Assembly (NCBI GenBank): GCA_050273025.1
Contig: CP158635.1
Location: 15,438,001 to 15,502,000, forward strand
Source: Cenococcum geophilum
Taxonomy: Eukaryota
Direction of reading: 5' to 3'
DNA: 64,000 bases
Position 1 is the first letter of the stretch. Every line of letters starts with the position of its first letter. The position numbers were made by a program, and so were the translations under genes. Positions 38,361 to 51,200 of this stretch are shown piece by piece. The notes beneath the pieces are model-generated. The model saw only the letters and a list, made by a program, of their open reading frames with translations. It did no database searches and was not told the DNA's origin.

Positions 38361-39418
38361 ACGTAGCTGACCGGGAAGCGAGCCACCCCACGAAGCGAGC
38401 CATATATGGAAATGCCTACCATTTCTAATTTCATAGCAAATTACACCAAAATCAAAAAGCCTCAGCACATTACACGATGCCAAATTAATCCTTGCCCTCT
38501 CGTGAAGCCGAAACTACTATATAAAATATTATATAAGATCTTTCTTCTAGTATTAAGCCGTCGATTTATAAAGCCTCTAGCGCATACAGAGCACCCAATC
38601 TATCGTTAGACATTGTCCTACTAGCTATCTCCTACAATATAAAGCTTACCTAGGTTTATTATATTCTTTATAAAAATAGTAAATTATTAAATAGCTGTAT
38701 AAATATTAATCCTAGGACCTTCCGTTAAAGGCTTATATACTTTTAGAAATAGCTTATTCCCTTTTAAGCGAAGGCCGTATTATATATAAGCATTAGAGGT
38801 AAAGATTTATTCAATACCACGGTCTTAGCACTATACTAAGTTATTATCTTAACTGCTAGAGAGCTTAAAATGGCGATCTAGTAGTTATATATAATTAGTT
38901 TAGGTTCTTCCGTACTATACGTAAGCAATATTAAGTTAAGTATTTAAATATTATCTATAACTTTAACGAAAAGGGGGTATTACTAGGCCTTATAGCGGTG
39001 GCCTAAATAATTATATCGGGTAAGATATATAGGGAAGAGTTAAAAAATTATACAGTTATATAGTTAAGCACTTGTAAGTTAGTATCTATAATTAAAACAA
39101 TTTACGCTAATAGCTCTCTACCGCCTACCTTCTTAATTTAGAACGCGTAATACTACTAGGAAAGATAGTATTAAATTAGTAAACAAAATAAGAGCCTTTG
39201 CGGATATATATACGCTATCTTCCCTAGTAGGTAAATAGATAACTCTTTAGGCCTATATTATATCGAATATTATAATAAATATACAAGATATTTTATAAAA
39301 GATTCTAACTATAAAATATAGTAATATTGCCTAATTTTAGTAGATAATTATTAGAGCTACCTTACCTAGCAATTTGTTAAGTATACGCTCGCGCATAGGA
39401 CTATCTTAATAGCTTTAC
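38361..39418 (+). mobile_element. Tc1/mariner pogo/Fot1-like DNA transposon, 5' part (interrupted by Gypsy)
   Basis: TA followed by ACGTAGCTGACCGGGAAGCGAGCCACCCCACGAAGCGAGCC, a Fot1-like end. Degenerate DDE motifs YNFNEKG (~38955) and LILVDNY*SY (~39335). It breaks at ..ILIAL| where LPPH is expected. Confidence 0.8.
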
Positions 39419-42400
39419 TATAATGGAGCCTTGTAGTAGGTACTACGGTGGGCTCGTTATTAGGCTAGGTATATAGGTAATGCAAATTAAAGTTAACAAC
39501 GTAATACTAATTAGTGGAGTGGTTGCCTAATAAATTAACTCTAATTATATTCTGAGAATTACTATAAGGAAGGAACTATCTAGGTAGGGACTATAGTCCT
39601 TTAAATATATAACCGTGCTCCTATAAAATCCTTCTTATATATAATATACGTGCGCTCTATTTACTCTATCGCGGATTATACAGATCCCTTAGATTATATA
39701 AATTACGTTATATAACCTCGGTTACTATTCCTCGTTATATAGCTCTATTGGCTCCATTTTGGACCGTGCTTAAATTAACTAACTAGCTTCTTTTAACTCT
39801 TTTCTAAGTAGTTATAATATTATACTTAAAGCGTCCGTAACACTATTTCCCTCCTCTCTATCTTTATCCTTAAAGATTCTTAATATCTCTAAGTTATTTA
39901 CTAGAGGTGTAATATCCGTCTAATTAATTTGGTTAATATTATTGCTTATTATGCCTAAAGCAATTTCTTTTTCCTTAACTACTTGTCGTATTCGCACCAT
40001 TACTGCGATACTATCTTTTTGTAAGATTATACCATCTCTATATTCTTATTGTTTAAAAAAGGAATTAGTTTATATTATATTAGTAAACCCATCTTCGTAA
40101 CAACCATTCTTCTATTTAAAGTGCACTAAAGTAAATATTTATTTGTTCTATAATATTTGCTTTGTCTCTAATACTAAATATACGCGACTTATTACTCTTA
40201 ATAGTTATCTAGTTTCCTAATTAATTTATCTTAGGGTTTTGTGTTTAATCTATTGCTACGCAGCTAGATAATAAACTATCCATTACTCTAGCGGAGTTAC
40301 GCTGTTCTTATAATATAGAATAGGAGGCTGCCAATACTTAGTAACGGGCCCTTAAGTCTTATCTTGTAGCGTCCGCTCGGTTAATCCGTCTTAAGAAGGT
40401 CCGTAAGAAGGTGCGTTTTAAGGAGTAGAAACTTATAGAATAGGGTTTATAGAAACTTAGTAATAAGAGGATAGACTCTCTTTTAACTATAAAGGAAATA
40501 GATCCAAGTAGCTTAACAACTGCTCTTCTTAGGTCCCCCTTAGGTGACTTATTCTTTAGCGATCCTTTTTTATTAATACTACCTAACTTAATTTCTTCTA
40601 ATACTCCTATACCTTTCCTACAGCGTTCTTTAAATTCCTTAGTAGCTCCTAGGTAGTCTTAGTATAGCTTATCTACTTAACCTTATACTATATTTTATCG
40701 TTAATATCCTTATAACTAACTATCTTTAAAACTTACTATTTATCTTCTTTTTATCCTCTATATATGTCTACTTTATAAACTAGTGACTTAATATTCCTAT
40801 ATACTGGCTCTAGTATTACAATATACTATATAGGGTAGATTTTTATCTTAGCTAGTAAGTCCAACTTAAATATAATTGGTAAAATCCTTTATATAATTTT
40901 AAAAGGTCCTAGTTTAATATAGTCTAACTTCTTACTTAGTTATTAACTTTTAAAATTTTTATATAGTAGCTATACTTTATCTCCCTCCTTAAGATCTGGT
41001 CCCTTAGATCTCTTAGTATTATAGTACTTTTTTATTTTCTCTTATACTGTCTTTACTAATTCTATAAGGTCTATATAAAGATTTATTAATATCTTTATTC
41101 TTTTCTTAGCTGTACTACTTATTTTCTTTGCTTACTATAGTAATAATAATATTCTTAGCTTATATCTGTAATTTGCCTTAAATAGTAATATACCTATTTC
41201 CTCTTAAGGTGTTGCATTATATATAAACTATATAACTAGTAATAATAATACCTAATTATTCTATGCGTAATTAATATAGTGCCTTAGATACTGCTCTAGT
41301 GTCTAATTTAATCTTTCTATTTAACCGTCTGTCTACAGGTAATATATAGTAGAAGTTACTACTCTAATTCCTTATTTCGCTAAAAATATCTCCTAAAATG
41401 CTACTATAAATCTTAGGTCTCTATCTAATATAATCTTACTTAGTACTCTATGTCTTATAAATACTTCCTTAATATAAATTCTAGCGATATCTTCTACTAA
41501 TATTTCTTCTGTATATGCTATAAAGTATCCCTACTTTATAAGCTTGTCCACTATTACTAAGATTATATTATAATCTTATCCGGTAATAGGATCTCTTAAC
41601 TTTAGTAACTTAATAATAAAGTCCTATAATATAACCTCCTATAGTCTCCCTAGTATTTTAATAGGTTATAGCCCTCCGTATAGCTTATGCCTTATTAGTT
41701 TATTCCTTTAGTAATCTAGATATTCCTTTATAACTTTTCGCGTTAAGCCCTAGATTCTATTAATAATATACTCCTCTTAGAGTCTTAACACTAAGCCTCT
41801 AGCTCTATTATGTCCCTAAGTTATTCCCTTATAGAAATCTTCTATAAAATACTCCGCTATACTTCTTAGGATATACTTTGCCTCCTTATACTTATACAAT
41901 ATCTCTTTTTTTAAATATTCTAACTGTTCTTTTAGTTATGCCTTAGAGATCCTTTATACCTAAAAGCTTTTTAGTGTCTTGTAGATTCTTTCTAGTTTGT
42001 TATTTTCCTATATTGCTGCGATTTTTGGATAATTGTACCTAATTAATTTGTCTATATCTTTTTGCAGTAAAGCCCCTAATAGCTTTTCCTCGTTTTATAG
42101 TTTAGCTTTTTAACTTAAAGCATCTACTCGCGTATTGTTTATACCCTTAGTATACTAAATCTTAAAATAGTATTCTATAAGCATCTCTACCCATCTAACC
42201 TATCTTTAGTTAAGTTCCTTTGTCGTTAGGAATCCTATTAGGTTCTTATAATCCATCTTAACTATAAATAGTTTCTCTATACCTTATAAAAATGCTCTCT
42301 ATTTCTTTAGTGCTGTAACTATACCTAATAACTCTTTATTGTAGATGTTATAGTTTAACTCTAGTGGTATTATTTTTTTTAACTATAGTATGCCACTGGG

Positions 42401-45400
42401 TGCTATCTATTTTAATATTTCTATATAAAGCACGCCCCTAGTATATAGTCTAATATATTTATTTCTATAACTGTCTTTAGTCCTAGTTAATAGATTTTAA
42501 AAACTAGCTCTTAAGTAAATAACTCTTGCTGTTCCTCTCCCTATACCTATAGTTTTTCTTTCTTTATTAACCACGTCAATGGTTTAATATCCTTTAACTA
42601 TTGCGCTATAAACCTTTTATAGTAATTGCAAAACCCTAAAAACAATCTTAACTGCATAATATTCTCTAGTTCTTACCAATTTATTATAGCCTTAATCTTT
42701 TTTAGATCTATATTAAGTTAGCCTAGTTTAATAATAAATCCAATGAAATTAGTTTTTTTAGTAAAGAACTTATATTTTTTAATTGCTACTAGCATCTATT
42801 TTTCTTATAGTCTCTTTAAGACCTATTTAACGTATTCCCCGTGTTCTTCTTTAGTTATTAAGTAGATAATAATATTATTAAGGTATACTATAATAAATTT
42901 ATCTAAGTGTTCTCCTAATATATTATTAATATACTTCTAGAACGTCACTAGTGCGTTTATAAGCCTAAATTGTATAAATAATGGTTTATATAGTTCTTCC
43001 TTTAACCTAAAGGCTGCCTTTTATTTATTGCCTTCCTTAATCCTAATCTAATAGTACGCCTATCTTAGATCTATCTTTATAAAGATTTACGCATTACCTA
43101 TCCTATCTTAGATTTTGCTAATTAAGGGTAAAGGATACCTATCCTTTCTAGTAATGCTATTTAACTATTTATAGTTAATATATAGCCTTAGTTTGCTATT
43201 CTTCTTTAGTATAAATAGTACTGGATAACCCGCTAATAACTGTAATGGTTTAATATATCCCTTTTATAAGTTCTCCTAAATAAACTCTTTTAATGCTCTA
43301 CCTTCTTCTTTAGTAAGCTTATAGGTTAGAAAAAACCTTAGGCTCGTTCCTAGTTCTAAGTCTATCTTATAGTCCCATACTATATGCTTTAATAGCCTTT
43401 TACTCTCTAGTGACTATAATTTCTTGCTATATTTATGGTATCTTTTTAGTATATAACTTAAGCCTCGTTTAGTCTCTTTATACATCGCCCTAATTTAGTA
43501 CTATACTAACTTAGCTTGTTATTATATTTTGTATTATTAAGTATCTCTAATATTAACTTAACCTATAACCTAATTAATCTTTAGATTGTATTTCTATAAC
43601 TAAGGCATTCCTAGTACTGCCTTATTATTTCCCAATAGTAATATATTAAAAGATATCTTAACTTATCTCCTTTTAATGGTTAACTAAATAGGTCCTATTT
43701 TTAGATTAATAATGCTTCCTCTATAGGCTATTAGATCTTCTAAAATTATTACTAATAGGTAAAGATACTCCTTTTTCCTATATAGTAATCCCATCCTTTT
43801 AACTGCTGCTAGTAAGATATGGTTCCTTATTGCTCCACTATCTATTAATACTTTAATCTATTAATCTTACCATTTAACTTATAAATTTAGGTGTTGTCCT
43901 TAAATTCCTTTAAGGGTCTAAGGCTCTACTACTAGCTCCCTCTAGTCCCATGGGCCTCTACTTTTCCTAACTATTAGCTACTTAATCCTATTTATACTTA
44001 GTCCAACTTCAGCTAATACTTAGTTCGCTTTTTATCTTTAATATACTATAGATATATATTTTCTAGGCATTTCTACTACTATTATTCATTTAGGCATTCT
44101 TCTATAAGGAATCTTTCTGGCTAAAGTATTAAGTTGCCTAACTTCTAAACTTCTACTGGATACTAACTATGTATATATTTAGCGTTTTAATACCTCTATT
44201 CTTCTGCTAACTAATATATTCTTATAGGATATTTTTAATACTTATCCTTTAGTGCTCTGTGCATATTATATATATTATCCACGTATATAATTTATACTAA
44301 TATATAATATGCTTAGTGCTTTAGGTTAACTCTTAGCTCGTCTTTATCTTTAAGTTTAAACCTTTGTTATATTAATCTAAATATTATAACTTTATTTATA
44401 GGTACTAAGATACATTTCTTGCTTTTCTAGTTCTCTAATTATTCCTTTAGATCCTTTAACATTATAATTAAGGCCCCTTTAATGTAACTTATTACCTTTT
44501 CTATAATAGGGTAGTTTTAAATAACTTTCTTATCTAACTATATATAGAAATCTTCCTACTTGTTATTATGCCTTTGCCTATACTACTTTTAGTATAGCTA
44601 TTAAAGTATATACGGTTTATTTATAAGGAAGTATCTTCTTATTACTGTATTATAATAGCCCTTTATATATCATTCTTCAAACCTAGTTAAAATCCCTAAA
44701 TCCTCTTTATTTTCCAGTTTAGTAAGCTACTTAGCTTTTAGTGTGCCTATTCTAGGCCTATTAGTAATTCTTTATATAGGTACTTTGTCCTTAGTACGTC
44801 CTAATACGCTAAATCTCTTGCCTAGTTTCTGTTCTTGCTATACGGTAATTCTTGCTCTAAATTCTTCTATGGTTTCTTTCTTTTTATATCTTGTAAGTGG
44901 ATTCTTAAAGTCCTTCTGCTTTTTAATCTTAGTATTAGTTTTCTAATCTTTAGGCTAAATACTGTGTTCCCCTAGTAAGTCTTCTAGGTCTATATACCTA
45001 TCTTTTAGTCTAGTTGCTGTTTATACCGTAGATTCTCTAATCTTATTAATAGTCCTTATTTATTACTTAAAATCTTAGTTCTATAGGATTTTTAATCCTA
45101 AGCTTGCTTCTAACTTAAGCTTTGCTTTTACCTTAGTCTAACTAGGCTTATTTAGTGTTCTTATCTTACTTTAAAAGTCTTAAATCTTACTTATCTTATC
45201 TTAAGAGTCTTGTACCTATAGGAAACTTTATCCTAAGCTTATTCTTATATCCTTAAACTAAGCTACTGCCCTACTCTATCGGTTGCTATCTATTGTAGGT
45301 CCTTAGGTATGCCTTATCTTACTTTAAGAGTCTTAGTTATCTCTTATCTCTTTTTAAGAATATTAAGCCTTTGGCTTTTTGCCTTTATTAAGTGCCGAAG

Positions 45401-47051
45401 TGGTTTACTGTCCTACTTCTCTTATATCTTATAAAGCAATAGACATTATATCTAGTGGGGTCTTAATCCCTACTAATGTTCCTTATTCTATAGTGGAATT
45501 ATCTTCTACCTCTTTTATAACATTTCTAAGGTCTATATACTTCTAGTAAGCCGCCCTTATTACCTTATTGTTACTAAATATTTCGCCTATATTAAATTTA
45601 TTATCCTTAATATCCGATTTGTAAACTAGTTTATTGGTTTCTTTATATTCCGCTAAATATAGCTCTTATAGCTAATAGCTTGCGCTATACTTAGCGTCTT
45701 TATAAATTTAGTATACGTTGTTATAACAGAACGCAAAACTTCTAATTAAATATTCTTTTGTTCCTCGCAGTATACTATTATCCCTCTATATATATATATC
45801 TTCTACTACTAGTTTAGTTCCCTTTATTATATAGTAACTCTAACTATCTTTATAATCCCTTATAAAATAACCTTATTTTCTATAATTTATATAAGTTCCG
45901 TTTTTAAACTATTAACTTTGTTATAGAGTTCGCCTAAACGTCTTCTACTGCTAAGATCCCTGGTTTAGCCTCTGCTTTTTAGTCCTATAATTACTAGATC
46001 CTTAACTTTTAGGTTTCTATAGTTTCTTACTCTATCTCTTATAGGCTTCTTTAGTACTACTTAGGTCTATTGGCTCTACGCTATACTATAGTTTTTAACT
46101 TAGCTTTAGTTATTGCGTATTTTGCGCCTTATATAACTATAGAACTCTATCCTAACCTCTCTTAGCCTGTTCCCTTTAGTAGATCTAATTATTAATCTTA
46201 ATCGCTTAATCTATTAAGTCCCTTAGGGTGTCCGCATCTTCTATTAGGATAATTACGTTTTAGACTTTAGCCTTAAGTCCTTACTTATATTGTGCTATAA
46301 GCGCCCTATTATTCTACTTAACTTATATTGCTAACGTCTGGAACTATATTATATATTTAATTGCTAAGGTTTAGTGCGTAATGTCTTGGAGTTTTTTTCC
46401 CGCTATAGTTACTACCTCTAGGTCTCTAAATATTTGTATAAGTTGCTCTATAAGCCCCTCTTAACTTAAGAATATAAATCGCACCTCCTAGTTAGTGGTT
46501 GTTATTCCGTTTACCTGTATTTCTGTAAGGCAAGGCTTAAACTACTTAAGTACTCTTCCTAATAAGAATAGTCCTGTATAGGCTATTCGATCTATAGGTG
46601 TTAGTAGCTTTGCCCCTTCCTATATAACTTTAAAGTATATTTACGTAAGAAATCCTTTAAGCTTTAACCTTTCCCCTAAGTACCTCTTAATTAATAGTAG
46701 CTTAATCTTTACTACTTCTATCCTATTAACCTTTTCTTTTAGCGCCGTATTGTTTATTGTTAACTAATTAACTATCTCTTATAGTTATCCAACCGTTACA
46801 GGTTATTAAAAGTTAGTATCCGCTATACTGGTATCTCCTCCTAACCTTAAAGTAGTTGCCGCCGTCAATAGCGTTATAGTGGCTGCTTTTAGTAGTATAT
46901 TGTTTAACTTTCTATATTTAATACTGTAACTAGGTAGTAATTATATAATAGAGCCTTATAGTAGGTACTACGGTAGGCTTATTATTAGGCTAGGTATATA
47001 GGTAATACAAATTAAAGTTAACAACGTAATACTAATTAGTGGAGTAGTTGC
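39419..47051 (-). mobile_element. Gypsy/Ty3 chromovirus-type LTR retrotransposon (copy 2, same family as 16281-24091)
   Basis: 3' LTR 39419-39842 with adjacent PPT, and colinear with copy 1 throughout. The 5' LTR starts at 46944 and is cut at 47051 by a Copia insertion. Confidence 0.92.
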
Positions 47052-48237
47052 TGTTGGTAGGGGGGGGGGTACTTGGGCAGTCTCTTTGAGCTCAGCGACG
47101 GGTTACGTGACAGCGCGCGGGCCATCGTGTAGATATCTTCTCGGGGCCTTCGAGCCCCTAAGATTCTTCCTTATAGAGTATTATATATATCATTCCATCA
47201 GCCTGCTCAGTGCCCTGATAGGTTATGAGCCCTCTTGCAGCTTTAATTAAAGCTCTATTAGCTGCTATTTTATTTAATTAATTGGTCGACACGAAGCCAT
47301 ATACCCTCGAATTTGGAGCCAGGTATGGTGTAATAGAAATTTATAACAAACTGATATAAATACACGCCATGTAAGATACGGGTGAGCCGATAACTGCATT
47401 ATGGCGGACATAGTATAAAAGAAGAAATACCACAGCTCCCTTGGGGCTGTTCCTATATTGAAAGGGGAGAGTAATTACGAAGAATGGTATTGTCGAATCG
47501 TACGACGACTTGAGCTTCAAGACCTCCTACCACTGATATAAGGTACGGCTGTAGAGCTGCTAATGAATACGAACGAACGCCGAGAATGGCGATATAAACA
47601 GATAATGGGACTTAAGATAATAGAGGGAGTAGTGTCAGAATCGATTCGCGATCGTCTCGCCGCATTGGGCAAGCCGTGAGATTCTATCAAGGACCTGCTT
47701 AACTCAATTCGATCACTCTGCACCGCGCAAGGTCTTGTTTACGACTACCAGATATGGAATTAATGGCTCGATCTTAGTCGCAAAGACTATAACTCACTCG
47801 AAGCCTACGCAGAAGCTTTTGTCTCGGGCATAAGAAAATCAAACGCAGCGTCAATACCGATATTAAGGAAGCAGGCGCACGCCCGATTGCTTTACGCGGT
47901 GGAAGAGGAGTTTCCTATTTGGACGGCCAATCGTCAAGAGGCAGCCAGGAGAGTCACGAGGGAGGACGACCTTATTACAATAGAGGAGCTGGTGAGCGAC
48001 CTTATGGATGAGAGCCGTACACGACCAGATGTCCCCAACCTCGCAATATCCTCAGTCAGTAAGAAGCTATCCAAAGACGATCAATTAAAATCCAATACAG
48101 GAGGATTAACATTAAATGAGAGTCTCGAGCGCTGCTTATATTGCAATGGCAAGCACCCTAGCGACAAGGAGAGGTACTTCTACCTTCACCCAGAGCTTCG
48201 ATATCCGGCGTGGAGGCCCTATAAAAAGCATATATTA

Positions 48238-51200
48238 TGTTAAACGCGTAGGTCAAGGCAAGCGTGATTGCAGAATATCAAGTGTAAGAAGTGGTTGATT
48301 GAACTATCTGAGTAGGAGGTTAAGATAAAAGGTTGACGACAACCGAGTCACGTGATATAATATTAGGTGAAAATAACACTCCCCCTTAAACGGTATTGCA
48401 TCTACTATATTGCCCATTAAAACTCCCTATATACCTAGTATAATTATAATATAGTCCCCTCGTCCGTTATAAAGCGTAGAAGCTAGTTGCAGTAGGTGAG
48501 GCGATTAGTGATGCTGGAAGCTCGTAATATAGCTTGTAAGTTAGATATCTTATAAGGTAGCTTATAAGACAGTTTATAAGGCTGGTATAAGCTAACCTAT
48601 TCATTGGCCTATCTTAAATATAAAACTTATTAAAATCGGAAGCTATAAATATAAGTTTTAGAATTACCCCTTGCCTAACCTAATTCTCCTTGTCCATTGT
48701 AGAGCCCTAAGGCCAATTGCAGTAGGTAAGGCGCGAAGGCTAGATGCTTAAGCTGCTCCGTCTGCTATATTCTTATTCTAACATCACCCTAAAGTGCTTT
48801 CTCTGCGTTATCCTTTAGCAGAACAAAGGCCTATTAAGGTAAGAAATCGGTTAAACTTAATTGGACTAAGGGGCTTAGTAAGGGCGTCAGCTACTATATC
48901 CCTGGTGTTAACGAAAGTAAGTTTAATACGTTTAGTAGTGACTTTATCGCGTATAAAGTGGTATTAGATATTAATGTGCTTAGTACGCTAGTAAAATTTA
49001 GGGTTCTAAGCCAATGCTATTAAAGACTTGTTATCGCCGTAAATTGTAATAAATTTGGTGGCGTTGAGGACTAAGTCCGCTGCTGAGTTGTTTTTCCGTA
49101 CCTTAACGTCTATATAAGGTTGGTTAATCTGTTATAACTTAGTAAGCAGCAACTTTAGCTATAAGGCTTCCTTTGCTGCTTGTGTTAGGCCTATATACTT
49201 AGATTTAGTGGTTAATAGGGCGATAGTTATCTGGCGCTTAGAGCTCTAGGTAATTGGTCTACCGCTAAGCATAAAGATATATCCGGAGGATAAGCGTTAA
49301 TTTATAATATTATCGCCGTAGCTTATATCTAAGTAGCCGACGAGCGTTAAATCTTAGTGGTTGCCGCTATAGTTTATTCCGTAGTCTAGAGTTTCTATAA
49401 TATATCAGAATATCCGTTTAATTGTAGTAAAATGCTAAGGTCCCGGATTATGGCTGAACTAGCTAACTTATAAAACTGCGAAAGCAAGATCTAGTTGGGT
49501 CTTAATTATTGCGTATATAAGGGAACTAACCTACGATTAATAGGTCTTAATATCGTCCTTTAAGGCCTAGCCGTTAAATGGTTTAAGATATTAATCTTTC
49601 TTATTTATAGGAGTCTTCACCGGATTTAATAAGGGTTTATTATACTTGTTATCCTAGTAGTAGAAGGTCTAAAGTACGCGCTTAAGGTAGCTGCGTTATT
49701 GGATTATAATAATCTTTAGCTTGCGATTGCGAGTAATGGTTATGCTAAGGTAGTAGCTAATAGGGCCAAGATCTGTCATCTTAAATTTGCTATAGAGTTG
49801 CTATTTAAGAGAGTTAACGGCGGCTTTGCTGCCGATAATCTTAATATTGTTTACGTAGACTAATACAATAAGGCCGTTCGCAGAGGTAAAAGGGGAGTTC
49901 TTGGTTATAAAAACGCTGTGGTTAGCTTAAAGCTTCTAAAAGCCAAGGCTTATGAGGAAGTTGTAAATAACTTTATACTATATATAAGGTGACTGTTTAA
50001 GACCGTAGAGACCTTTAAGGAGGCGGTAGACCTCTTTAGATTTACTAAAGCCGTAAGGGTATTTAATATATACGTCCTTAATAATTTAACCATTAAGAAA
50101 TGCTGTTTTAACGTCCATTTAATTAATTTTAAGATTATAATAAATAGCTAGGGCGAATAGCGTGCGGAAGGCTATTGGCTTAACTACTACGGCGAAGGTT
50201 TAATCGTAATTAATACCGTACTACTATTTATAGCCTTTAATAACCCAGTATGCTTTATACTTAAGTATTTCCCCTTTTAGCCTACGCTTAATCTTAAATA
50301 CCCATTTGCCTTTAAGGACTTTATATAAAAAGTTTACTAATAAGCGTTAGACGGAGCGCCAGGTTTTATTTTATAGGAGAGATTTAAGTTTATCCTGCAT
50401 AGCTTCTAGCTACTATTTCGCGTGTAGGCCGCTGAGAGCTTCTCTTAAGGTCGCTAGCTTAAGGGGATCGTGTATAGACGACGCATTAAGGAGAATTTAG
50501 TTAGGTTGCCAAGCGTAACCCTTATAGATCTTAAAGTGATTGTGCTTGGTAGAGCTAAGTAAGTTAATAGCAATGTAGTTTAAAAGGATTTTATTAAGGA
50601 GAGCTTCGCTTTTAATAGATTCTTAGAGAGCTTAACTAGTATAAGTTTTACAGCCGGATCGTCGTGGAGGTGGTTCCAAAATTAGATTCCGAGTCATAGG
50701 TTCTAGATCCCATAACGTGGATTCTTCGTATAGTTCTTAAGGAAGTGGTAATATTAATATAGGACGAGGATAAGACGTAAACTAATAATTCTCCCCCTAC
50801 GGATTAGTATTGTACTCCCCCTACTACTTATTCTCCCCTTAAAACGGAATATCTTAAGCTTTAATAGTCTTAAAGATAGTAATATCCTTAACTCTATGTA
50901 CCTACTAAGACTAAGAGTCCCATACTTAGTAAATGGAGTTCCCTTTAAAACTAATAAGAGTAAACTTCTTAGCTCTTAGTCCTAGCTTGTTAGACTATAC
51001 AGGTTTTTTATAGTAGTAAACTGTGGAGCTAATAGTACGTAGGTAGTTAAGGCTAGGCTTTAAACCGTAGCGCTTCTTATATAGTGTGAGATATAAGAGC
51101 GGAGCTAAGGGACTTTAGTTGCGTAGATAGGCTACCGTTTAAATAAGTTTAGGCCAGAGGTTTTATGGTAGATAACTATAGATACATAGGCAGCGAGCTT

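Noticed and set aside
21439..44946. Matching hydrophobic ORFs at 21439 and 44743
   Set aside because: They are antisense frames of the same RIP-mutated Gypsy segment; the similarity only reflects the two element copies.
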